Source: Gemmatimonadales bacterium (GTDB lineage: Bacteria > Gemmatimonadota > Gemmatimonadetes > Gemmatimonadales > GWC2-71-9). From it: 64,000 nt of DNA. The notes below the pieces were generated by a model. The model saw nothing but the letters and a program-made list of their open reading frames with translations. It did no database searches and was not told the origin of the DNA. Shown piece by piece: positions 26,082 to 34,428 of the stretch. Each line of letters opens with the position of its first letter. Within the stretch, counting starts at the first letter, position 1. The translations under genes and the position numbers were made by a program. The DNA lies in the NCBI GenBank assembly GCA_035309945.1, contig DATGEQ010000106.1, forward strand, positions 143,503 through 207,502, given 5' to 3'.

Positions 26082-26166
26082 TCTCACGGCGTCTCACGTC
26101 CGTCTCACGTTGCGGTGAGACTGTCTCACCACCTGGGGGGGCTTATGTATAGCCCCCAGGTGAGAC
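26073..26166 (+). repeat. iteron-like array: 5 direct GTCTCA(C) copies, 2 inverted GTGAGAC copies and an embedded long inverted repeat (candidate origin or Rep-binding region)
   Basis: Direct copies start at 26073, 26081, 26091, 26102 and 26123. Inverted copies lie at 26115-26121 and 26160-26166. The inverted repeat is GTCTCACCACCTGGGGG...CCCCCAGGTGAGAC. Confidence 0.6.
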
Positions 26167-26367
26167 ACGCAGTCCCGGGACAGCTGCCTTTGCAGTCGTC
26201 TGCAAAGCCGCTTGCCCACGCGCCTGCGTCCCCGGTGGGCGCTCGGAAGGTACAGCGGCGCCCGCATATGCCTCACGTTGTTGCCCGCCGTGTTGCCGGG
26301 GTCCGGAAGCGCTGCCGTCGTGCGGCTGATCTGAAGCCAGCAAACACGCGAACCGCTGGAATGAGCC

Positions 26368-26766
26368 GTGGCTGAGCGCACGCTAAGCGCGCTCCGAGCA
26401 TGGGTCGAAGCGGCGCCGCCCGGTACGCTGGTGCCGGCCGCGGCGATCGCCCAGGCGCTGGCTGAGACGGCTGTGCAGACGTCTGCAAACACGCCGGCGC
26501 CGGTGTCCTGGCGCGAGCGGCTGTGGACTTGTCCACCCGAGACGCGGCTCGGTGTCGCCGAGCTGTGCGAAGCGATCGGACGGCCGAAGTCCTGGGTGTA
26601 TCGGCACACCGGCCCGAACAGTCCCGGCGCACGGATCCCGCACCGCCAGCTCGAGGGCGAGCTCGTGTTCGTCGCCGGCGAGCTGCGGCAGTACCTCACC
26701 GAACACGAGACGGTCGTTGTGCCGGGTCGCACGGGCAGTCTCGTCGTTCAGCGGCGGCACGCGTGA
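26368..26766 (+). CDS. excisionase/AlpA-type helix-turn-helix protein
   Basis: LGVAELCEAIGRPKSWVYRHT....IPHRQLEGELVFVAGELRQYL resembles the Xis/AlpA (MerR-like HTH) family. GTG start. Confidence 0.6.
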   Translation: MAERTLSALRAWVEAAPPGTLVPAAAIAQALAETAVQTSANTPAPVSWRERLWTCPPETRLGVAELCEAIGRPKSWVYRHTGPNSPGARIPHRQLEGELVFVAGELRQYLTEHETVVVPGRTGSLVVQRRHA

Positions 26767-27026
26767 ATCACCGCGCCTGCCTCGACAGCTTCACGGGGCT
26801 CGTCGGGTCCATGGATCAGCTCGTCGTCGATCTGAGAGCAAACGGTTGCGCTTCGCTTGCCGATCGCATCATCGGTCTAATGGACCGTCTCGGGAATGCG
26901 CTTCGGGAGAATATGTTGCTGCACAAGCGGGCTGAATCGAGCGATCTTCGCGTCGCCCAGCTGCTCTCCGAGCTTCGGCGGGTTCAGGACGAACTGACCG
27001 GCTTGTTGGAGGGGGACGCGTCGTGA
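26763..27026 (+). CDS. hypothetical coiled-coil protein
   Basis: GTGA overlap with the upstream stop. 87 aa. Confidence 0.45.
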   Translation: MNHRACLDSFTGLVGSMDQLVVDLRANGCASLADRIIGLMDRLGNALRENMLLHKRAESSDLRVAQLLSELRRVQDELTGLLEGDAS

Positions 27027-27265
27027 TCGTCTGCACGGTGTGCGGCGAAGGTCCGAACGATCGCGGCGCCCTGGTCCAGCTCGAGGACGCTACCGGCCTT
27101 CCGTTCTGGGCGCACTACAGCTGCACCGAACCCCAGCGCGCGATCGCCGTCTGCGTGCGCTGTGGTGAGGGCGACTCGATCCGCGTCGGCTGTCTCGTTC
27201 GGATCGGTGCGCGCTGGGCGCATCGCGCGTGTGTCACGTCCGCGCGCACCGCGAAGGCCGCATGA
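27023..27265 (+). CDS. hypothetical Cys-rich (zinc-ribbon-like) protein
   Basis: 80 aa with CTVCGEG and CVRCGEG pairs. The start overlaps the upstream stop. Confidence 0.5.
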   Translation: MIVCTVCGEGPNDRGALVQLEDATGLPFWAHYSCTEPQRAIAVCVRCGEGDSIRVGCLVRIGARWAHRACVTSARTAKAA

Positions 27266-27564
27266 CGCTGTCGACGGTGCAGGCGCGCAAGATGGCGAAG
27301 CGGCTCGGGCAGTTTCGCTCGAAGCTCACGCTCTCCGACATCGAAGAGGCGCTGCCCGAGCTGAACGACCCCGCGGCCGCGAATGCGTGGCTGGAGAAAG
27401 CGTACATCTGGGCCGCCTCGGGAAAGATTCCGGGCACAGTCGCGAATGCGTGCGTCCGCGCCGTTGAGGTCTGGCTCAAGAGTTACGACCTGGCGAAGGT
27501 GACGGCACGGATCCGCGAGCTCGAGCAGCAGCTCGCCGAGGCGAACCGGAGGCGCGATGCCTGA
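27262..27564 (+). CDS. putative terminase small subunit (assigned by position only)
   Basis: ATG 27262 with a GAAGG SD. 100 aa, helical with a C-terminal coiled coil. Lies immediately upstream of TerL and overlaps it. Confidence 0.4.
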   Translation: MTLSTVQARKMAKRLGQFRSKLTLSDIEEALPELNDPAAANAWLEKAYIWAASGKIPGTVANACVRAVEVWLKSYDLAKVTARIRELEQQLAEANRRRDA

Positions 27565-29185
27565 GCGCCACGATCGCCGACTCGACGCGGTGAAGCGCAA
27601 ACTCGACCGCGACCAGCCGCGGCCCGAGCCGCCGGCCGATCGCGAAGGGTTCGAGCAGGATCTGCTCGCGTTCGTGCGTGCCGGGTGGCAGGTGCTCGAG
27701 CCGCGCCGGCCGTTCGTCGTCAACTGGCACCACGAGCTGCTCGCTGAGTATCTGACGGCCGTCAGCCGCCGGCAGATCCTCAAGCTGATCGTGAACGTGC
27801 CACCCCGCTTCACGAAGAGCCGGTTTGCGACGGTGCTGTGGCCGTGCTGGTCCTGGGCGAAGGCGCCGGAACACTCCTGGATCTTTGGCTCGTATGCCGC
27901 CGGCCTGTCGACGCGGCACTCGCTCGACCGGCGCACGGTACTGCAATCCGACTGGTATCAGCAGCGCTGGGGCGAGCGCGTCGCATTCGCGCCCGATCAG
28001 AACGTGAAGCTCTGGTACGAGAATCAAGCGCGCGGCACGATGTACGCGACGTCGACGGGCGGCACGGTGATGGGGTTCGGCGCCGACACGATCGTCGTCG
28101 ATGACCCGCACGATCCTGAGAGCGTGCTGTCGGAGACCGAGCGCGAAACGGCGCTGCGCTGGTTCGATCAGCAGTTGTCGACGCGGCTCAACGATCCGGC
28201 CACGGGCGCGATCGTCGTCATCATGCAGCGCCTGCACCAGGCGGATCTCACTGGCCACCTCCTCGAGGAAGGCGATTGGACGCACGTCGCCTTGCCCGCG
28301 GAATCGGAAGGGCCGACACGCATTGTGTTCCCCGTGTCGGGCCGCGTGGTCGAGCGCGCGGACGGTGCGCTGCTGTGGGCTGAGCGGTTCACGCAGGCGG
28401 TGCTCGACAAGCAGCGGATCCGCCTCGGCAGCTGGGCCTACGCCGGCCAGTTCCAGCAGCGGCCGACGCCATTCGGCGGCGGGATCTTCAAGCGCGACTG
28501 GTTCCGCTTCTACGACGTGACGCCGACGCTCTTCGACAGCTCGGTGGCGTCCTGGGATCTCGCGTTCAAAGAGACCAAGGGCACGGACTACGTCGTCGGC
28601 CAGGTCTGGGGCCGCAAAGGGGCGAACTGCTATTTGCTCGACCAGGTCCGCGGCCGCTGGGACTTTCCGACGACGGTGCAGCGGATCCGCGAGCTCGCCC
28701 GCAAGTGGCCCGGCGTGATGACGAAGCTGGTCGAGGACAAGGCGAACGGGCCGGCCGTGATCGCGACGCTCAAGAACGATATCGGCGGCATGATCGCCGT
28801 GAACCCCGAGGGCGGAAAGATCGTGCGCGCGCAAGCGGTGTCGGCGCTGATCGAGGCCGGCAACGTGCTGTTGCCGCAACCTGCGCTGCAGCCGTGGGTG
28901 AAGGACTTTCTCGACGAGGCGAGTGCGTTTCCCGCCGGCCGCTTCGATGACCAGGTCGACGCGATGACGCAGGCACTGCGCCGGCTCGTCGGCGCGGGCG
29001 ATGCGAAGGCCTGGGCCGCGGCGTTTTGGGGCCTGCGGCCCGAGGATCTGCCCGACAAGCCCCTCGTGCCGCTGCCGGCAGTCGGCGCCGCCGGCGCGTC
29101 GTTCCGCGAGCTGAATCCGGTCGACGGCTCGTTCGGCAAAGCTGGCGCCGCGGTGCCACTCCCGGGAGGGAATAGGCTCACATGA
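27557..29185 (+). CDS. phage terminase large subunit
   Basis: ATPase part: PPRFTKS (Walker A-like) and IVVDDPHDPE (Walker B). The nuclease part ...SWDLAF.....DYVVGQVWG......YLLD..RGRW.F......I..L..KWP.......VEDKANGPAVI......FDDQVDAMTQAL is typical of this TerL family. Confidence 0.85.
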   Translation: MPERHDRRLDAVKRKLDRDQPRPEPPADREGFEQDLLAFVRAGWQVLEPRRPFVVNWHHELLAEYLTAVSRRQILKLIVNVPPRFTKSRFATVLWPCWSWAKAPEHSWIFGSYAAGLSTRHSLDRRTVLQSDWYQQRWGERVAFAPDQNVKLWYENQARGTMYATSTGGTVMGFGADTIVVDDPHDPESVLSETERETALRWFDQQLSTRLNDPATGAIVVIMQRLHQADLTGHLLEEGDWTHVALPAESEGPTRIVFPVSGRVVERADGALLWAERFTQAVLDKQRIRLGSWAYAGQFQQRPTPFGGGIFKRDWFRFYDVTPTLFDSSVASWDLAFKETKGTDYVVGQVWGRKGANCYLLDQVRGRWDFPTTVQRIRELARKWPGVMTKLVEDKANGPAVIATLKNDIGGMIAVNPEGGKIVRAQAVSALIEAGNVLLPQPALQPWVKDFLDEASAFPAGRFDDQVDAMTQALRRLVGAGDAKAWAAAFWGLRPEDLPDKPLVPLPAVGAAGASFRELNPVDGSFGKAGAAVPLPGGNRLT

Positions 29186-29544
29186 GCGACACACCGAAGC
29201 CGAACACCGGCGCGGACTGGGTGGCCTTCACGCGCGGGGAAGCGCTCCACAAACACGGCGTGCGCTTCTCGGATCCCGACGTGGCCTATCCGCCGGCGTG
29301 CCCCGACTGCGGCCGCGCCGAGCGCTGGGTCCGCGTGCACGTCACCGGCGATACGCCGGGCCGCACCGACGTCGTGAACGGGCGACTGGTCGCGGTGCCC
29401 GCGCGGCGATCGAGCGTCACGATGTACTGCTACTTCTGCGCGCGCCAATTCACCTACGGCGGCGAGCTGTTCACCGACCAGGAGCAAGCGGCGCGGACCG
29501 GGAAGCTCTGGCAACAGTCCAAACTTGGAAAGGTGCCACTATGA
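29182..29544 (+). CDS. hypothetical zinc-ribbon protein
   Basis: 120 aa with CPDC...CYFC. ATGA overlap with TerL. Confidence 0.5.
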   Translation: MSDTPKPNTGADWVAFTRGEALHKHGVRFSDPDVAYPPACPDCGRAERWVRVHVTGDTPGRTDVVNGRLVAVPARRSSVTMYCYFCARQFTYGGELFTDQEQAARTGKLWQQSKLGKVPL

Positions 29545-29954
29545 CCACCGCAGTCGAGCAACTCGAAAACGGTGTCCGCGTGCAGTGCACCGACGGTGCG
29601 ATCGTCGTCTGCAAGTCGCTGACCCTCCAAGCTGCCAAGCAGATCATCACGCTCTGGAGAAAACGCTTCGCGCCGCGGCCGCCCGTCAGCGACCCACCGA
29701 CCGACGCCGAGCGGCGGGCGGTGACGGCGTGGGCGATCGGTGTCGCGGATGCGCGAGTCGAAGTGGTCGACGTCTTCGGTACGCTCTATCCCGAGCTCGC
29801 CGCTCATATCTCGCCGGGCGACGTCGAGTCGCTGCTGCCGGATTTTTTCTGGCTCGCGACCGGCGCGGCCGTGCCGGCGACGACGGACCCCCTGACTGGG
29901 ACGCCGCCTACGCCGCCTACTGCGCCGCCTGGGGCGAGCTCCCCGACCCCATGA
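29541..29954 (+). CDS. putative tail assembly chaperone (G-like)
   Basis: 137 aa, immediately upstream of the tape-measure-like gene. Contains the slippery heptamer, and the -1 frame is open through to 30103. Confidence 0.55.
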   Translation: MTTAVEQLENGVRVQCTDGAIVVCKSLTLQAAKQIITLWRKRFAPRPPVSDPPTDAERRAVTAWAIGVADARVEVVDVFGTLYPELAAHISPGDVESLLPDFFWLATGAAVPATTDPLTGTPPTPPTAPPGASSPTP

Positions 29955-30103
29955 TGCCGTATCCGGAGTTCCTGTTGCGTCAACGCGGCGCCGCAATACG
30001 GCAACTCCTCCTTGTCCATGCGGTGCAACTCGCGCAGGCCACCCGGGACGATCTGGGGGCCGTCTCCGCATTCGCGCAGCTGAGGGAGGCTGCCAATGGC
30101 TGA
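29541..30103 (+). CDS. putative -1 frameshift product (GT-like tail assembly chaperone), about 187 aa
   Basis: In the zero frame, T_TTT_TTC at 29843-29849 encodes D-F-F. The -1 frame continues FFLARD... to a stop at 30101-30103, overlapping the start of the tape-measure-like gene (30096). Confidence 0.5.
29843..29849 (+). promoter_or_regulatory. candidate -1 programmed ribosomal frameshift slippery site T_TTT_TTC
   Basis: I checked codon phasing by hand: GAT(29841) TTT TTC TGG in the G frame. Confidence 0.5.
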
Positions 30104-31466
30104 CAACACGGTCGATCTTGCCGTCCGCTGGGCCGAAGCGGGCCAGGACGTTCCCCGGAGGACGGCCGAGAACCTCCAAAACCTCCAGCGCTCCGCAGAG
30201 GGTGCCGGCACGTCGATCGGCGACCGGCTGACGGGAGCCTTTGCCCGCTTCGAAGCGCGCCAGCCGACGATGGTGATTCGTCGGACGGCTCTGGCGCTCG
30301 AGGAGCTCGCGGGGTCCGCGCTCGGCGCCACGGGCCCGGTTGGCCGGATCGCCGAAGCGCTCGTGGGGCTCGGCGGTGCGGAAGGGTTGCTCATCGCGGG
30401 CGGCATTGCCGCGATCGGTCTCGCCTGGCACGAAGTGAGCCAGGAGGCTGACCTCGCCGCCTCGAACGTCGAAGCGGCAGCGAAGCGGATGCACGACGCG
30501 ATCGGCAAAGCGGTCGCGGAGCACCGCGGCGAAGGGCCGGAAGGACGCGCGGACTTCACGCGCGCCATTGCCGAAGCGCAGGCCAAGCTCGCCGCGATCG
30601 AAGCGTCGGCGGTGCCGGCGGCGGTGACGCGCAGCATCTACACGCCCTACGGCTACTCCACGTCCGTGGACACGAGCGCGGCCGAACAGCGGCAGCAGAA
30701 CATCGACAATCTCAAGACGCTGATCGGGCAACTCACCGCCGGCCTCGCGGAGCTGGACAACGAGGCGAATAAGACCGCCGAGCAGGGCCTGCGGCGCGTG
30801 CGCGAGGAGGTGGACAGTCTCGGTGCGAGCATCACGCAGTTCGTGTCGTCGGGACAATTCCAGCTCGCCATCTCGAGCATCGCGATCCCGTCCCTGAAGG
30901 ACATCCTGGGCATCCCCGGCGGGTTCAGTGCGGCGAGCGTGGGCGAGCGCAAGCGCGCGGACATGGACATCCTGGGTCCCATCATCGGCAAGTCGGACAT
31001 CGTCGAAGGCAAAGCCGCCCTCGAGAAGGCGTCGCGCACCGACCCGCGCGAGGGACGGGAGTTCGAACGGCTCGCCGGCGCGCTCGAGCGCGGCATCACC
31101 ATGATGGCGAGCGCGCGGAGCGGCAACGTGGGCGCGGCCGCGCTCGGGGCGTTGGGGGAGACCGCCACGACGGCCAGCGGACTCACCAAGCTGTTCAAGC
31201 TGTCCACCGAGGACACCAAGACCCTCGGGCTCCTCGGGTTTGGGCTCTCGACCGCGTCGAGCCTGCTGTCGATCCTCGGCGGCCATCACCACGAGGTCAA
31301 GATCAATGCCTTCAGCGAGCAGGCGCTACAGCAGATGCGCGAGACGCGCGGCGATCCACTAACGATGGTGCTTGACATCATCGCGGCGATCGGCGCGAGC
31401 CCGCGCACGATGCAGCAGCAGCTCGGCCGCCTGTCGCGCGCGGGCGTCATCACGAGGTTCCCGTGA
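30096..31466 (+). CDS. putative tape measure protein (short, 456 aa)
   Basis: GAGGGAGG SD. Ala/Gly-rich helical protein with hydrophobic segments, placed after a G/GT-like pair. Confidence 0.5.
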   Translation: MADNTVDLAVRWAEAGQDVPRRTAENLQNLQRSAEGAGTSIGDRLTGAFARFEARQPTMVIRRTALALEELAGSALGATGPVGRIAEALVGLGGAEGLLIAGGIAAIGLAWHEVSQEADLAASNVEAAAKRMHDAIGKAVAEHRGEGPEGRADFTRAIAEAQAKLAAIEASAVPAAVTRSIYTPYGYSTSVDTSAAEQRQQNIDNLKTLIGQLTAGLAELDNEANKTAEQGLRRVREEVDSLGASITQFVSSGQFQLAISSIAIPSLKDILGIPGGFSAASVGERKRADMDILGPIIGKSDIVEGKAALEKASRTDPREGREFERLAGALERGITMMASARSGNVGAAALGALGETATTASGLTKLFKLSTEDTKTLGLLGFGLSTASSLLSILGGHHHEVKINAFSEQALQQMRETRGDPLTMVLDIIAAIGASPRTMQQQLGRLSRAGVITRFP

Positions 31467-31771
31467 CCGACTACGCGATCGACCTCCCCGACTGGGAGAC
31501 CTACGCAGCGTTACCCCACGAGGAGCGCAACGCGCTCGTGCAGGCGGAGATCGTGCGCACGGGCAGGGCCCTCAACGTCGACACGTCGGCCTCCGGACGT
31601 GCGCGATTCTTCGCGATGTGGCGCGCGTGGCTGGACGGTGCGGGGGTTCACGCCAAGACCGAGACTGAGCGGGCGGCATTTGAGGTTGCGCAGCAGCTGT
31701 TCAATCTCGCGGAGGCGACGGTGAAGGAGAATTATCCCTTAGGACACGACGAACGGGAGAACCTCGAATGA
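31463..31771 (+). CDS. hypothetical protein (tail module)
   Basis: GTGA overlap with the upstream gene. 102 aa. Confidence 0.45.
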   Translation: MTDYAIDLPDWETYAALPHEERNALVQAEIVRTGRALNVDTSASGRARFFAMWRAWLDGAGVHAKTETERAAFEVAQQLFNLAEATVKENYPLGHDERENLE

Positions 31772-32565
31772 CGCTCTGCATCTCCGTCGCCCTGCCCGAG
31801 CTCGCCCTCGTCGCGTCGACGACGCGCGTGTCGCACACCGGCCCGGGCGGCGAGTGGCTCGGTCCGCGCGAAGATCGCACGGGCGAGTTCGTGAATGTGC
31901 GCCGCGTTGGCGGCGGACCCGCGCGCAGCGGTTGGTGCGCGACGTTCGGCGCGCCGGTGACGTGGTCCGCGCGCGTCTTCGCCGAGCTCGAGCAGGTGAA
32001 CGCCGACGACGTCGACCAGGTCGCGCGGACTGTTGCCGGCGCAACCGAATGGTGCGTCGACCAGGGCCTCGAGCGGCGGATCCCGCCCGAGGAGCAGAAT
32101 CCGGAACGCTGGCCCGGCGGTGTGCAGCTCGTGCATCCGTGGCCCTGGGGCTTCGTGCGCGCGACGGTCTACGGGCAAGGCGAGATCTGGGGCAGGGAAT
32201 ACCCGATCGCGTACTCGCCACCGATCGAGCTGCGCACCGGCGGCCTGCCGCAGAATCTGCGCGACGGATTCGCCGCGGCCGTCGCCGGCAATCGCACGCT
32301 CGCCGCCGTGCTGCGCGCGACGGCGCAGCTGTTCCACACCGTCTATGAGCTCACCGATCGCGAAGCCGGCAGTATCGGTCAGCTCGTCGAAGTCGGGATT
32401 TTGCGCATCGAGATGCTGCCGGGCCAGCGTTGGCAGCTGAACCTCGATTACGTGCGGCCGACCCGGGCCGCCATTCTCGCCGGCGTCGCAGACGCCGAGC
32501 TCGCCGCACTCATCCGGCGCGTCGACCCGCTCCCTCTCGTGGAGGACGCCCATGCTGCTCGTTGA
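31768..32565 (+). CDS. hypothetical protein (tail module, possibly a distal tail component)
   Basis: ATGA overlap with the upstream gene. 265 aa. Confidence 0.45.
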   Translation: MTLCISVALPELALVASTTRVSHTGPGGEWLGPREDRTGEFVNVRRVGGGPARSGWCATFGAPVTWSARVFAELEQVNADDVDQVARTVAGATEWCVDQGLERRIPPEEQNPERWPGGVQLVHPWPWGFVRATVYGQGEIWGREYPIAYSPPIELRTGGLPQNLRDGFAAAVAGNRTLAAVLRATAQLFHTVYELTDREAGSIGQLVEVGILRIEMLPGQRWQLNLDYVRPTRAAILAGVADAELAALIRRVDPLPLVEDAHAAR

Positions 32566-33376
32566 GCCGACACTCGAGGACCTGCTCACACTGTCGACCG
32601 GCTACAATACACAGGTCAGCATGGTGCCGTTCGTGAACGGGCTGAACGGTCTGTTCACCTGGGCGACCGGCGGCCCGAGCTCGGGACAGATGTGGCTCTC
32701 GTTCACCTGGTCCGCAACAACACTCACCCGCGCCGACCAGTCGACGCTCAGCCTCGCGGCACCGCCGAGCGCACTCGCGGCCCCGTCCGTGACGACGTTC
32801 GCCGGTGGGGCGCTCGGCGCGCGGACGCTGTTCGCGCGAATCGCCTACGTGCGGAGCGACGGCGACTATTACTCATTGTACGCGGTGAGCGCCGAGCAGC
32901 CGAACATTGCCGTCGGTGCGAACAACCTCCTGCAAGTGAACAGCCCGGCCGATCCGGGCGGTGGGCAGTACGCCGGCTGGATACCGCTCGTCGGGTCCGC
33001 CGCGAACGGCGAGAAGGTGCAGCTGCAGACGGTCCCGATTCCGTTCGGCACCAACTGGCAAGAGCCGAGCGGCGGCTTCGACACGACGCAGACGCCGTAC
33101 TCGACGAGCTGGAAGTCGCCAGGTGTGACACTGATTCAGATTCCAGCGAACCCGCAGATCGTCTACGCCTACCCGTATCTGCACACGTGGAGCATGGTCG
33201 TGCGCTTTCCAGTCAAAGGCGCGATCACGCCGGGCACGGCGATCGTGCAGAACGGCGACGGGAACGCGGCGTTGACGAGTTTCATCTTACCCTACCTCAA
33301 CTACTCCGCCGGCATCACGATGCCCGCGGCCAACAACACGGGATCCGGCACGGGTGGCGGAGGTCGCTGGACATGA
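32552..33376 (+). CDS. hypothetical protein (possible tail fibre or receptor-binding protein)
   Basis: 274 aa, Ser/Thr/Gly-rich and beta-like, ending in a Gly-rich tail. Assignment rests on position only. Confidence 0.4.
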   Translation: MLLVEPTLEDLLTLSTGYNTQVSMVPFVNGLNGLFTWATGGPSSGQMWLSFTWSATTLTRADQSTLSLAAPPSALAAPSVTTFAGGALGARTLFARIAYVRSDGDYYSLYAVSAEQPNIAVGANNLLQVNSPADPGGGQYAGWIPLVGSAANGEKVQLQTVPIPFGTNWQEPSGGFDTTQTPYSTSWKSPGVTLIQIPANPQIVYAYPYLHTWSMVVRFPVKGAITPGTAIVQNGDGNAALTSFILPYLNYSAGITMPAANNTGSGTGGGGRWT

Positions 33377-33708
33377 TACGACGTCTCTTCGTCGCGCCGC
33401 ACGACGTGCTCGACCAGGTCCGACTCAGTGGGTGCGAAGTGATGGGAATCGACGGCTCGACTGTCCTGCTCGCGGTGACGTCGGCCACGTTAACGGCGGA
33501 CCAGGAGGATGCGTTGCTCGCCGTCGCCGGCGTGCTCGAGCTGCATCCGTGGAACCAGGACAATCCCGCGCCGCCGGCGTTGTCGGCCGCGATCGCGGGG
33601 AGCTCAGTCCCTTCGTTGCAAGCCTTCGCCGCCGCAAACAAACTCGCCGCGCCAACACTGGCCGCGGCGATCAAAGCGGTGGGTCGCAATCTCTCCTGGT
33701 ATCGCTAG
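33373..33708 (+). CDS. hypothetical protein
   Basis: ATGA overlap with the upstream gene. 111 aa. Confidence 0.45.
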   Translation: MIRRLFVAPHDVLDQVRLSGCEVMGIDGSTVLLAVTSATLTADQEDALLAVAGVLELHPWNQDNPAPPALSAAIAGSSVPSLQAFAAANKLAAPTLAAAIKAVGRNLSWYR

Positions 33709-34079
33709 CAGGGGGTCTGCGTCGGAGCGAGGTTCACGTCGGGCGAGCTGCCGGTCGGGATGACGATGGCGTGCCACGCCGGGAACGAGTCGGGATGGAA
33801 CCAGGGCGCGGTATAGACGGCCGTGAGCGGGTTGCCGTTGTTCGGGTTCGTCGCATCGACTTCGAAATACGCGCTGTCCGGCCGCGCGGTGAAGCGCTCG
33901 CAGCGCTCGGTGCGCCCGGGCACCGTGTCGGCGCCGGCGACGCCCTGGCCGTCGCGCCAGGCGAAGTCGACCGGCCAGTCGGTGTTGTTCGTGATGAGCA
34001 CGGACGGATCGTGGTTGGCAGGGCCGGTGCTATTCGAGCACGCGGCGAGCACGGCGAGAAGCGCGAGACTGTAACGCAT
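33705..34079 (-). CDS. lipoprotein on the opposite strand (moron-like)
   Basis: ATG 34079 preceded by AGGAGG. Signal and lipobox MRYSLALLAVLAAC. Confidence 0.65.
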   Translation of the reverse strand: MRYSLALLAVLAACSNSTGPANHDPSVLITNNTDWPVDFAWRDGQGVAGADTVPGRTERCERFTARPDSAYFEVDATNPNNGNPLTAVYTAPWFHPDSFPAWHAIVIPTGSSPDVNLAPTQTPC

Positions 34080-34147
34080 AGGCCCTCCTGGGGCTACGTT
34101 TTCCGCCTTCAATCCTAACCGGAGGGGTACTTGCGGCGCAAGAGGCC

Positions 34148-34166
34148 TGCCCCAATAATTGGGGCA
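34148..34166. promoter_or_regulatory. 19-bp palindrome TGCCCCAAT-A-ATTGGGGCA in a divergent intergenic region (candidate operator)
   Basis: Perfect 9-bp arms, read directly. Lies between the lipoprotein gene (-) and the HTH gene (+). Confidence 0.4.
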
Positions 34167-34190
34167 CGATCTACAACTAGGCTACGCACC

Positions 34191-34403
34191 ATGCTTGCCA
34201 AAGTGCTCTTGTACGCCGCCCCGTCCCTTCGGGAAATCGCCAAGGAAGCGGGCATCACCGAAGCCGCCATGCGTGAGTACGTGAAGGCTCGTCGCACGGC
34301 GCCGCCGGCCGTCATTCGCCGGCTGGTGGCCGTGTTGCGCGCGCGCGGCGGGAAGCTTCGGACGTTGGCGGCGCAGCTCGAGCGCCAGGCTGGCGGGCGG
34401 TGA
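34191..34403 (+). CDS. small helix-turn-helix regulator
   Basis: 70 aa from ATG 34191. SLREIAKEAGITEAAMREYV looks like an HTH. Confidence 0.5.
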   Translation: MLAKVLLYAAPSLREIAKEAGITEAAMREYVKARRTAPPAVIRRLVAVLRARGGKLRTLAAQLERQAGGR

Positions 34404-34428
34404 CGTGGCCTCCCAACGAGGAGGACAG

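Noticed and set aside
26073-26166. Could the GTCTCAC repeats be a CRISPR array?
   Set aside because: The repeat unit is only 7 nt with 1-14 nt between copies, and includes inverted copies. There are no spacers of CRISPR size and no cas genes. An iteron or operator array fits much better.
26188-26487. Two related palindromes: CTTTGCAGtcgtCTGCAAAG (26188-26207) and TGCAGACGTCTGCA (26474-26487, inside the xis-like CDS). I considered them as paired operators.
   Set aside because: The arms are short (7-8 bp), and a 15/16 match within 300 bp is expected by chance about once at this composition. It is worth a glance only if the HTH proteins are tested experimentally.
29951-30103. 50-aa ORF (MMPYPEFLL...) as an independent gene.
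   Set aside because: It has no SD and lies entirely in the -1 frame reachable from the T_TTT_TTC site. It is better explained as the C-terminal extension of the GT-like frameshift product.
31768-32565. The N-terminus MTLCISVALPELALVASTTRVSH reminded me of proteasome/Anbu-type Ntn hydrolases (Thr after Met). I considered a prohead protease.
   Set aside because: The similarity is limited to about 20 residues recalled from memory, and the gene sits downstream of the tape-measure gene, where distal tail proteins are expected. The evidence is insufficient.
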